Positions 38,772 to 47,048 of a stretch of DNA of 64,000 nt are shown one piece after another; position 1 is the stretch's first letter, and each line of letters begins with the position of its first letter. The stretch covers positions 224,001 to 288,000 of the forward strand of contig JAHQJS010000006.1 of the NCBI GenBank assembly GCA_019057385.1, given 5' to 3'. The notes beneath the pieces are model-generated. The model made no database searches. It was given only the letters and a program-made list of their open reading frames with translations, and was not told the origin of the DNA. The position numbers were made by a program, and so were the translations under genes. Source of the stretch: Candidatus Borrarchaeum weybense (lineage in GTDB: Archaea > Asgardarchaeota > Sifarchaeia > Borrarchaeales > Borrarchaeaceae).

Positions 38772-39070
38772 CTCTCTCGCCCCTTGAGTTGATCGGACCG
38801 GTGATGGATATTTGAATTCATATCTATGTCAATCTAAATTTTAACGATTTTTAAATCCATTTGTTTAGACATTGTGATCTTAAAGTAGAGCCTAAATTAT
38901 TTTCCTGTTAGCATGGATTTACCCAAGAGCTAAATTAAATTTAAAAGTAATATCTTTTTTTCTAAGAACTGTCTTATCTGCAGAATCGTTCATTTTAAGA
39001 CATCAAGAAAAAATTTAAAAAGCAATAAGACTCCTGAAAACTACAACTAAAAGAAACATTAGGTGTAATT

Positions 39071-39454
39071 ATGCCGATTCAACAAGGACGTTCAAAACGT
39101 AAAGCAACTGGTGCAAAGTTAAGATCGTTTAGAAAAAAGAAAAAGTATGAAATTGGAAGAGAACCTGTGGAAACAAAAGTGGGCGAGGAAAAGAAAAAGA
39201 AAGTACGAGTCCGCGGGGGAAACTTCAAAATTAAACTTCAAGCTGTACGTTATGTTAACGTAACCGATAGAGGAGTGACAAAGAAAGTTCGTGTACTTGG
39301 TGTTGAAGAAAATCCTGCTAATTTGGATTTCACACGCAGGCAAATTATTACAAAAGGAACCATAATACAGACAGATATTGGGTTGGCAAGAGTAACAAGT
39401 AGACCTGGTCAAGACGGAATAATTAATGCTGTCACGGTTGAAGTTGTAGATTAA
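39071..39454 (+). CDS. rps8e: 30S ribosomal protein S8e (eS8)
   Basis: RSKRKATG, RVRGGN.K, IITKG and VTSRPGQDG. Confidence 0.96.
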   Translation: MPIQQGRSKRKATGAKLRSFRKKKKYEIGREPVETKVGEEKKKKVRVRGGNFKIKLQAVRYVNVTDRGVTKKVRVLGVEENPANLDFTRRQIITKGTIIQTDIGLARVTSRPGQDGIINAVTVEVVD

Positions 39455-39567
39455 GTCGTGAAAATCGCTATTATTCAATTCTTAGAACATTATCGTCCTG
39501 TTTGGAATTATTTTGATTTCTTCTTTTTCAATAAATTTCCAAAATTATCCGTACACTGGGAAAGATC

Positions 39568-39942
39568 ATGATACCAAGAAGGAGCCTCTTAGGCCTTTCA
39601 AGTGTTGGTTTTGGTTTTATATTATTAGGTATAGGTCTCATTATCCTCGGAATGATACTTTCTAGTTCTGGAACAGGTCAATCAGGTCAGATACAGGGCG
39701 GAGGAATTATATTGATTGGTCCAGTTCCTATCATTTTTGGAACCAACACGGCTATGCTTCTGCCGTTAATTATCATAGCAATAATTTTTATGATCCTTAT
39801 GCTCGCACTTCCGTTTATTTTTCAAAAATTATGGATTCCAGAATTGCCTAAAGATCTGTATAAAACCTGTCCTGTTTGTGGTCAAATTATCCCTAAAAAT
39901 GCACGATTCTGTCATCAATGTGGTAATCAGGTGAAAGATTAA
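39568..39942 (+). CDS. DUF131 (TIGR00304) membrane protein with C-terminal zinc ribbon
   Basis: GGGIILIGPVPIIFG; CPVCG...FCHQCG. Confidence 0.8.
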   Translation: MIPRRSLLGLSSVGFGFILLGIGLIILGMILSSSGTGQSGQIQGGGIILIGPVPIIFGTNTAMLLPLIIIAIIFMILMLALPFIFQKLWIPELPKDLYKTCPVCGQIIPKNARFCHQCGNQVKD

Positions 39943-40009
39943 GGGCGAAAAATCAAAAAAAAGAGGGAAACTACATATAGCGACACAGCACATTATCTGA
40001 GGCCACAAA

Positions 40010-41800
40010 TTAAGACTCAGAATAAGATCTAACTTCAGGTTCAGGTTCAGGTTCAGGTTCAGGTTCAGGTTCATAATCAGGGAATAATAATTTAATGAAC
40101 GGAGTTAATTGAGTTATAGGCTTCTCTTGGCACTTACGTATTAAATCTTCGGCTTCTTCTTGATTAAGTTCGATTACCATGATATTATTCCCAGCAGACT
40201 CACGTACTTGCATATATTTATTGCCTTTAGTCCCAGATGGAGTTATAAGGCAACCTTTAGTAATAACCCCATTTTTAATGGCGTCATGTAACCGCCGTAT
40301 TGCATAATAAGCTGCAACACCACCGGGTTTATCAAATGACTTGACAGAAGGCACTTCTACACCTATGAGCATGTAAGGTCCTCGCTTAATAGTACCGCCT
40401 AGTTTTTGCTTCTTTTTATCTATAATAAATTCAAAATCTAGGTCCAAAGAGATCTCATTAAGTTTTCCTAAATTCCGCGCTATTGCTTGTACTGAGCATA
40501 ATGCACCGCCTACAATACTACCTGGATTGACATCAATTGCAAGAATTTCTGCAAGTTCAACGCTTGGAGTGACTTCTTTGCCAACTTCTTGAGTTACAGC
40601 CATAGTTGTTTCAGCTGTTGCTACTTCTACTTGCGCAGGTGGAATAACTCCTACTGCCTCTGGCAGTGTCAAATCAGGTTCTATATAAGAATCTGTTTTC
40701 TCATCGATTGCCTTTCGGATAAGCTTAATCGAGTCTCGTGGATTTCCTTTAGATCTGTGGTAAATCTTATCAAAGACAAATTCCGCTAATGGGAAGAATT
40801 TATCTTCAGGATCTGGTAAGTTATTAACGTCCCAGAAGTGGTTCATTGCTCGTACATAGAATTCCTTTATGTCCTCAACTTTAAAGGGATAAAGACGCAG
40901 GGTAGATTCCATCCTGGAACGCATAGCAGAGTCTGCCAATGACTCTATTTTGTCCCAAACTTCAAGAAGACATGATGCAATAATTACAACGTTCTGTAAC
41001 TCATTATAGAGACGTTTCATAGTTTCCCAGAGTCTTGTTTCAGAATCTTCACCAAACATTCTGAAGGGGATTTCAAGCTCGTCAAAATAAAGGATAATTG
41101 GTCTGTCCATATTTTCCACAAAAAGCTTGATCGCAGCTAAACATACATCATCGTCTTCGATAAGAGATTTTACTCCAATTTTATCCATTTCATCTTCTGA
41201 AATTGCCTCACCAAGAAGCCAAGCCTCAGCAATTTGTAATTCTTCTATTTGTCCTGTTTTTTTTCCCAGTCCAAACAGGATAATTGCTTTTAGTACATCT
41301 ACGTTTAGACCAGGATAAAACCGCATTGCAGTTCGCGCAACCTGCTCTGCAGAAACATAAGAGAAACCCCTTCTCATACTTTCAGTAGCACCAAAATCGG
41401 TGAGTATCTTCTCAGCGACTATCTTAAGGATTTCTATACCAACTTCGTCCATTAAAGCCGTGTAAACGTGTAAAAGGATACGTGTTGGAGAAGGGGGACT
41501 AGGAACGTAGACTGTAATATAATTCATGTCCTGCGGAGCAATATCCTTTGATTTCAGAACCCAGTAAAAATGTGTTTTGCCAGATCCAGCATTCCCTACA
41601 ATAGGCAGAAATCTTGCCGACTGATCTGACAACGTAAACCTTATTGCTCGCATGGCGCCTCTTTCAACTTCCATTCGAGGACCTGGAATGTCGACTACAT
41701 CCTCTATGTCTCCTCGGGAAACATAACGGTCAAAAGGTGTTGGAGTTGTTTTGATCACTTCAAAATACATTTCTTGCTCATCATCATCCATTATAATCAA
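40010..41800 (-). CDS. Uncharacterised P-loop AAA+/STAND-like ATPase with extra C-terminal domain and (EP)6 tail
   Basis: Walker A GNAGSGKT, Walker B ILYFDELE, MRSRM and GNPRD. Confidence 0.75.
   Translation of the reverse strand: MIIMDDDEQEMYFEVIKTTPTPFDRYVSRGDIEDVVDIPGPRMEVERGAMRAIRFTLSDQSARFLPIVGNAGSGKTHFYWVLKSKDIAPQDMNYITVYVPSPPSPTRILLHVYTALMDEVGIEILKIVAEKILTDFGATESMRRGFSYVSAEQVARTAMRFYPGLNVDVLKAIILFGLGKKTGQIEELQIAEAWLLGEAISEDEMDKIGVKSLIEDDDVCLAAIKLFVENMDRPIILYFDELEIPFRMFGEDSETRLWETMKRLYNELQNVVIIASCLLEVWDKIESLADSAMRSRMESTLRLYPFKVEDIKEFYVRAMNHFWDVNNLPDPEDKFFPLAEFVFDKIYHRSKGNPRDSIKLIRKAIDEKTDSYIEPDLTLPEAVGVIPPAQVEVATAETTMAVTQEVGKEVTPSVELAEILAIDVNPGSIVGGALCSVQAIARNLGKLNEISLDLDFEFIIDKKKQKLGGTIKRGPYMLIGVEVPSVKSFDKPGGVAAYYAIRRLHDAIKNGVITKGCLITPSGTKGNKYMQVRESAGNNIMVIELNQEEAEDLIRKCQEKPITQLTPFIKLLFPDYEPEPEPEPEPEPEVRSYSES
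40034..40073. repeat. (TTCAGG)6 microsatellite encoding EPEPEP
   Basis: Six perfect hexamer units plus TTCA. Confidence 0.95.
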
Positions 41801-42092
41801 AACCCATCCAGTTATCTTATTTCATAATTAGAGAAATCTTATCTGACTCAAAATGTGCTCAGTATATTCATAAAGGTTCCGTCTTTTCTCGCTCTTATTT
41901 TTGAGGACAGCTTGAAAAAAGATATATTAGTTAGACTTGAAAATGTCTTTGTAACATCCTTATATGGCACATCAAGGAATTTTCTTCTTGAAGTATAAAA
42001 AGTCCTCTAAGAGATAAGATCTTATGTAGTAGATTCCATAGATGTTATTGATCTTGAATAACAACTACACAGATCATATGAGAGATGCTCAA

Positions 42093-42971
42093 ATGCGTAT
42101 AGGTATTATAACAAACCTTGAAAAGAGTTTTGAAGTTCAGGAATTAGTTAATTCATTGCAGAACAGACAAATTACACCTTTGATCTTTTCGTTTGATCAA
42201 CTTGCTGCAAATATTGGCTTTGAGAGAGACACTATTCAACTGAAGGACATAAATCTCTTGGATGAATTGGATGCACTAATCGTTAGAGGACCTCCTATGG
42301 GTACGTTAGAACAAATAACTGCTAAATTGGATATTTTATACAAATTAGAAGGTCTAGGAATTACGATTATCAATTCCCCTAAAGCAATTGAAGTGTCTGG
42401 GGATAAATTTCTTTCAGGAATTCGACTTGCAGAAGTTGGTTTACCAGTACCTAAAAGTATAGTAACTGAGACTCTAGATGCCGCACTCGATGGCTTCTCA
42501 AATTTGGGGGAAGACGTAATTGTAAAACCAATTATTGGGAGTAGAGGGCGAGGAGTTGTAAGAATAACAGATCGGGAAATTGCTTGGCGTATATTTGATA
42601 CGTTAATTCGCTCTAATCAAGTCATTTTCATGCAAGAATACCTTCCTCATGGATTACAAGATATTAGAACTCTTGTTGTTGGCAATACGGTAACTGCTGC
42701 AATGTATCGGTTATCTAATAACTGGAAATCTAATATAAGTGAAGGTGCTATACCAAAACCTTGCAAGATTGATGAATCATTGGAACAACTGAGTATAGAT
42801 GCTTCTAAAACTCTTGGGTGTGAACTGGCTGGAATCGATTTAGTTGAAGTAAAAAACACAAGATATGTTATAGAGGTAAATCCAAGTCCTGGATGGAAGG
42901 GATTACAAAGCGTTACCGAACATTCGATTGCTGATGCGATCATTAACAAAATATTAACAAAGATAGCGTGA
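42093..42971 (+). CDS. RimK-family ATP-grasp glutamate ligase (MptN/CofF-like), paralog 1
   Basis: GTLEQI, INSPKAIE...DK, VKPIIGSRGRG, QEYL, DIR, WKSNI and EVNPSPGW. The ORF track starts at 42042. Confidence 0.85.
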   Translation: MRIGIITNLEKSFEVQELVNSLQNRQITPLIFSFDQLAANIGFERDTIQLKDINLLDELDALIVRGPPMGTLEQITAKLDILYKLEGLGITIINSPKAIEVSGDKFLSGIRLAEVGLPVPKSIVTETLDAALDGFSNLGEDVIVKPIIGSRGRGVVRITDREIAWRIFDTLIRSNQVIFMQEYLPHGLQDIRTLVVGNTVTAAMYRLSNNWKSNISEGAIPKPCKIDESLEQLSIDASKTLGCELAGIDLVEVKNTRYVIEVNPSPGWKGLQSVTEHSIADAIINKILTKIA

Positions 42972-43101
42972 TTTAACTCAATCCTTGAAATAAATTGGGA
43001 GCAAAGGAGGAATTGGTAACATCATTTCTTGATATTGCTAGATTTTTTCCTCTTAAAATAATATGAATCTTCTAATGGTTTGTTAAAACTGATTAGAGAG
43101 T

Positions 43102-44007
43102 GTGAATTTGAAGATAGGAGTTGCAATTTCGTCATCAGGACAGACACTTCGTTGGCATGAATTGCAGTTAAAACGTGCATTGGATAAGAAAAATATCTCT
43201 ACAGTTTTCTTCCCAATAAAAGATACAATAGCAAATTATAGTAGATCCACTTTAGGTGTTCATTATAACAACTCTAATTTAATTAATGAACTAAGCGGCG
43301 TCCTAGTTAGGGGGCCAGGAATCGGCGTTTTGGAACAAATCTATTTTCGAATGAATGTGGTTAGACTCTTTGAGCACTCAGGTACTTATGTCATTAATTC
43401 GGCAAAAGCAATTGAGCAAGCAAGTGACAAATTATTTACGTCTATGGCTTTAGACGGGGCAAATATTTCAGTACCTCCAACCATGGTGGCACAGAAAATC
43501 GATGACGCAATGAATTTCTTTAAAAGCTATAAAGATATAGTAATAAAGCCGTTGTTTGGTTCAATGGGCCAGGGGATTACTCGCATAACAGATGAGGACA
43601 CAGCATATTTAATATTTGAAACTTTAGAGCAATTTGATTTGATCATTTATCTCCAGAAATTTATTCCACATGGAAATCGAGATATTAGAGCCTTGGTGAT
43701 AGGAGATCAAGTTATTGCAGCTATGTATCGAGTTGCAGAAAACAATGGTTGGAAAACGAATGTAAGTCTAGGAGCTACTCCTGAAGTGTGTGAGCTGAAT
43801 GAGAAGTTAAAAAAAATCTGCGTTAGAGCTGCTCAAATAGCAGGTTGCGAAATCGCAGGAATTGATATAATGATCCCCGAAAATGAACAGGATACTGATT
43901 ACTATCTACTTGAAGTAAATGCATGTCCTGCATGGGAAGGTCTGCAGAAAACTACAACATTAAACATAGCTGAAGTTATTGTAGATTATATAGCAACCAG
44001 AGTATAA
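43102..44007 (+). CDS. RimK-family ATP-grasp glutamate ligase (MptN/CofF-like), paralog 2
   Basis: GVLEQIYFR, IKPLFGSMGQG, QKFI, RDIR, WKTNVSLG and EVNACPAW. Confidence 0.85.
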   Translation: MNLKIGVAISSSGQTLRWHELQLKRALDKKNISTVFFPIKDTIANYSRSTLGVHYNNSNLINELSGVLVRGPGIGVLEQIYFRMNVVRLFEHSGTYVINSAKAIEQASDKLFTSMALDGANISVPPTMVAQKIDDAMNFFKSYKDIVIKPLFGSMGQGITRITDEDTAYLIFETLEQFDLIIYLQKFIPHGNRDIRALVIGDQVIAAMYRVAENNGWKTNVSLGATPEVCELNEKLKKICVRAAQIAGCEIAGIDIMIPENEQDTDYYLLEVNACPAWEGLQKTTTLNIAEVIVDYIATRV

Positions 44008-44035
44008 CGAAGAGCACATTGAAGGACAAATCTCG

Positions 44036-44671
44036 ATGAATACCACAATAGCGATTTTATCCGGAGGAAAATCTCATAGACTTAAGTCAGTTGTCCCAGA
44101 CAAAGGTTTACTATTGCTGAACAACAAACCAATGATTTTATGGGTGATAGAGGTTATTCAAGAACTCTCTAATAACATTCTAGTCATCGTAAGTTCAGAA
44201 AGTCAAAAAGAAAAATATCTTGAAGTTATAGAAAATCTTGCAGAAATGGTGATAGACAAAAGAGAGTCTATTAGGAGTTCCTTGCTGGGTGCACACGCAG
44301 CATTCATGCATGCAAGTGGGAAATACACCATTTTATTACCTAACGATACGCCTTTATTAAATCGAGATGCCTTACTCCTATTAATAGAATTATGTGAAGA
44401 CTATGATGTGGTATTACCCCGATGGCCAAACGGATTTATCGAGCCCTTACATGCCATTTACAGGACAGAAATTGCAAGAAAAAGATCAACGGAACTGATA
44501 CAGAAAAACCAATATAAACTAGATGGTCTGCTACAAAATGCAAACGTTTTGTATATCAATACTGAGATTTTCAAACAATTTGACCCTCAACTTAATATGT
44601 TTTTCAACGTAAATACCCCAGGTGATCTGAAGAAACTAAAAGGTTTAGTCAAAAAGCCTCAAAGGAGATAA
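44036..44671 (+). CDS. mobA: MobA-like nucleotidyltransferase
   Basis: ILSGGKSHR, DKGL, DTP, EPLHAIY and FNVNTPGDL. Confidence 0.8.
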   Translation: MNTTIAILSGGKSHRLKSVVPDKGLLLLNNKPMILWVIEVIQELSNNILVIVSSESQKEKYLEVIENLAEMVIDKRESIRSSLLGAHAAFMHASGKYTILLPNDTPLLNRDALLLLIELCEDYDVVLPRWPNGFIEPLHAIYRTEIARKRSTELIQKNQYKLDGLLQNANVLYINTEIFKQFDPQLNMFFNVNTPGDLKKLKGLVKKPQRR

Positions 44672-44677
44672 GATGAA

Positions 44678-45445
44678 TTGGAACTCCCGAAAATTGAAAT
44701 TTTTCCAATCCCCGGTATACCTATCATACGAGAAGGGGATAATACTGGAGAAATAATATGCCAATGTATAAACAACACGCGGATTGCTTTACAAGAAGAG
44801 GATATAATAGTTATAGCCCATGCGATAGTTTCAAGAGCGGAAGGAAGATTGGTAGATTTAAGGACGGTCATACCTTCTGAGTTTGCACAAACGATTTCAG
44901 ATCAATGCGATAAAGACCCAAGACATGTAGAAGTGATTCTCAGTCAAGCAAAGTCAATCGTACGGATGAAAGATGGAATATTAATAGTTGAATCAAAAAC
45001 ACCAGCAGGATGGGTAATGGCAAACGCAGGAGTAGATCAATCTAATTCTCTTGGAGAAAACTTTGCTCTTCTTTTACCAGAGAATCCAGATCGTTCCGCA
45101 GAAACAATTAGAAAAAAAATACAAGAAGAATATGGGGTTGAAGTAGCAGTAATTATTACAGATACTTTTGGCAGAGCACTGCGTTCAGCTGCAGTTAATG
45201 TAGCTATTGGGACATCAGGGATTAAACCGATCCTAGACTTAAGAGGAGTGAAAGATCTCTTCGGCTATACATTGACTAGCACTTGCGTTGCGATCGCAGA
45301 TGAACTCGCTTCAGCTGCAGAGTTAATTAGTGGACAATCAAATGAGGGGTTTCCTGTTATTGTAATTCGTGGATACAAATATCAAAAGGGAACAGAATCC
45401 GCATTGTTGCTTGCTAGGCCAAGAGAAAACGCTCTCTTTTGGTGA
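44678..45445 (+). CDS. cofE: Coenzyme F420-0:L-glutamate ligase
   Basis: GIPIIREGD, IVSRAEGR, ANAGVDQSN, TDTFGR, ADELASAA and PVIVIRG. Confidence 0.92.
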   Translation: MELPKIEIFPIPGIPIIREGDNTGEIICQCINNTRIALQEEDIIVIAHAIVSRAEGRLVDLRTVIPSEFAQTISDQCDKDPRHVEVILSQAKSIVRMKDGILIVESKTPAGWVMANAGVDQSNSLGENFALLLPENPDRSAETIRKKIQEEYGVEVAVIITDTFGRALRSAAVNVAIGTSGIKPILDLRGVKDLFGYTLTSTCVAIADELASAAELISGQSNEGFPVIVIRGYKYQKGTESALLLARPRENALFW

Positions 45446-45515
45446 CTGCGAAATATGATAAAAAAGATTATAACTATCATCTAAAATTCAAAAATATCCG
45501 TAAAAGTTGATATAA

Positions 45516-47045
45516 ATGAAGGGTGACAACACCGAACTAAGAAAATGGCCTCCAGTTTCGGGTGATTGGGTACTAGGTAATCCAAACGCTCATATCGCTA
45601 TTATGACTTGCGGATCATATGAGTTGCCAAGTCATCTTGTAAACTCAAATAAAGATTATGTCGCAATTGCAGGTTTTTGTGAAGTTGAGAATGAGGGTAT
45701 AGCAAAAATATTACAAAATATATGCTCTAACGCATCTATTCGTGTACTAGTCGTCGCCGGCGAGAGAGTAAAAGGACATGAGCCCGGACAGAGTATTATT
45801 AGCCTCTATGAGAACGGCATTGATGATAATTTTACTATTATTGGAAGTAACGGTACCATACCCACGCTATTGCCCCGATATTTCAAAAATATAGATCCTT
45901 TCATATGGGTTTCACGCTTTCAACAGCAGATTGTGAATATTTTAGATTTGCGCAATGAAACAGATCTTAACAAAATTTCAGAAGAAATCGCTAAACTTGG
46001 AGAACAAGCATTTGAAACATTCCCCGATGAACCTCTCTTTCCTCCTGTGCAAAAGGTAAATTACGATTTTGGAACGTTGGCGAGTTCTGAATATGATATC
46101 ACTGAGATTGATGTAAAGAAAACTGAAAATATGCTTTTAGGAAATCCGCTCTTTTTTTCTAATACACAGCTACTGGTCTACGATATAGGTGGCACAAAGA
46201 TTGGAGGACAACGAGGAGAATACCCATGTGTCTTAGCTGGAACGATTTTTTATAAGGGTGATAAGACGGTGGAAAATTCCGATCGAGGATTATTTGACAA
46301 AAAACTAGCCGCTGATTACATTTATCAACAGGAACTAAAATCATTTGAATTTGAAATCCCATCAATGGTGCATGTCGTTGGTGAAACACCAATGGCTATT
46401 GAAAACTATCTATTGTTTGCTATAGAGCGTACAGACTCTCCGATTATAGTAGATTCCCCAGACGCTGCGACAAGGATTGCTGCAGTTCAGTTATCAAAAG
46501 ATATGGGGTTCGACAACCGAATAATTTACAATTCTATCTTTGTCCAAGATGAAGCGGAAATAAAGACGCTTACCGAAATTGGAGGCGTTGAATATGCAAT
46601 AATTTTACCATACGATCTCACTGTTGAAGAAAGGGTCGTAAAGACAAATGATCTCATTAATTTTGCAAAAGATGCTGTCAAGAAACCAATTTTGGATCCG
46701 GGTGTCCCTAAACTTGGTGAAGGGGGTTTTAGTGCACTCCATGCTGCATGGACCTTAAAAGATATTTACGGGTTCCCAATGGCTATTGGAATTCACAACT
46801 TACATTCAAGATTGCCAAAAAAGGAAAAAGGATTATCAGCAAAATCATTAGATTTTGGATTTAATTATGCGTTTCCATCAAATTTTGGGATAGATATTAA
46901 CATGTATGGACCGATAAAAAGGGCTGATAAAATCTTTCCAATGATTGCGGCTATTGAAACTATGATCGCTGATGAACTGATTAAAATCTACGATATATCA
47001 CCTAGACCTCCACATCCATATTATAAACTTGGTCTGGAAGGATGA
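45516..47045 (+). CDS. Soluble MtrA-MtrH fusion (corrinoid protein plus methyl-tetrahydropterin methyltransferase)
   Basis: MtrA part: WPPVSGD, ENEGIAK, SN..IR and VKGHEPGQS (Co-ligand His88). MtrH part: DIGGTKIGGQRGEYPCVLAGTIFY, IVDS, IYNSI, ILDPG, GIHN and MYGPI. No TM helix. Confidence 0.9.
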   Translation: MKGDNTELRKWPPVSGDWVLGNPNAHIAIMTCGSYELPSHLVNSNKDYVAIAGFCEVENEGIAKILQNICSNASIRVLVVAGERVKGHEPGQSIISLYENGIDDNFTIIGSNGTIPTLLPRYFKNIDPFIWVSRFQQQIVNILDLRNETDLNKISEEIAKLGEQAFETFPDEPLFPPVQKVNYDFGTLASSEYDITEIDVKKTENMLLGNPLFFSNTQLLVYDIGGTKIGGQRGEYPCVLAGTIFYKGDKTVENSDRGLFDKKLAADYIYQQELKSFEFEIPSMVHVVGETPMAIENYLLFAIERTDSPIIVDSPDAATRIAAVQLSKDMGFDNRIIYNSIFVQDEAEIKTLTEIGGVEYAIILPYDLTVEERVVKTNDLINFAKDAVKKPILDPGVPKLGEGGFSALHAAWTLKDIYGFPMAIGIHNLHSRLPKKEKGLSAKSLDFGFNYAFPSNFGIDINMYGPIKRADKIFPMIAAIETMIADELIKIYDISPRPPHPYYKLGLEG

Positions 47046-47048
47046 ATA

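Noticed and set aside
39829-40074. ORF beginning MNLNLNLNL
   Set aside because: It is another reading frame of the (TTCAGG)6 repeat and overlaps two real genes.
45516-47045. MtrA/MtrH as evidence of methanogenesis or Na+-pumping Mtr
   Set aside because: No membrane anchor, and no mtrB-G or mcr in the window; the context points to a soluble biosynthetic role.
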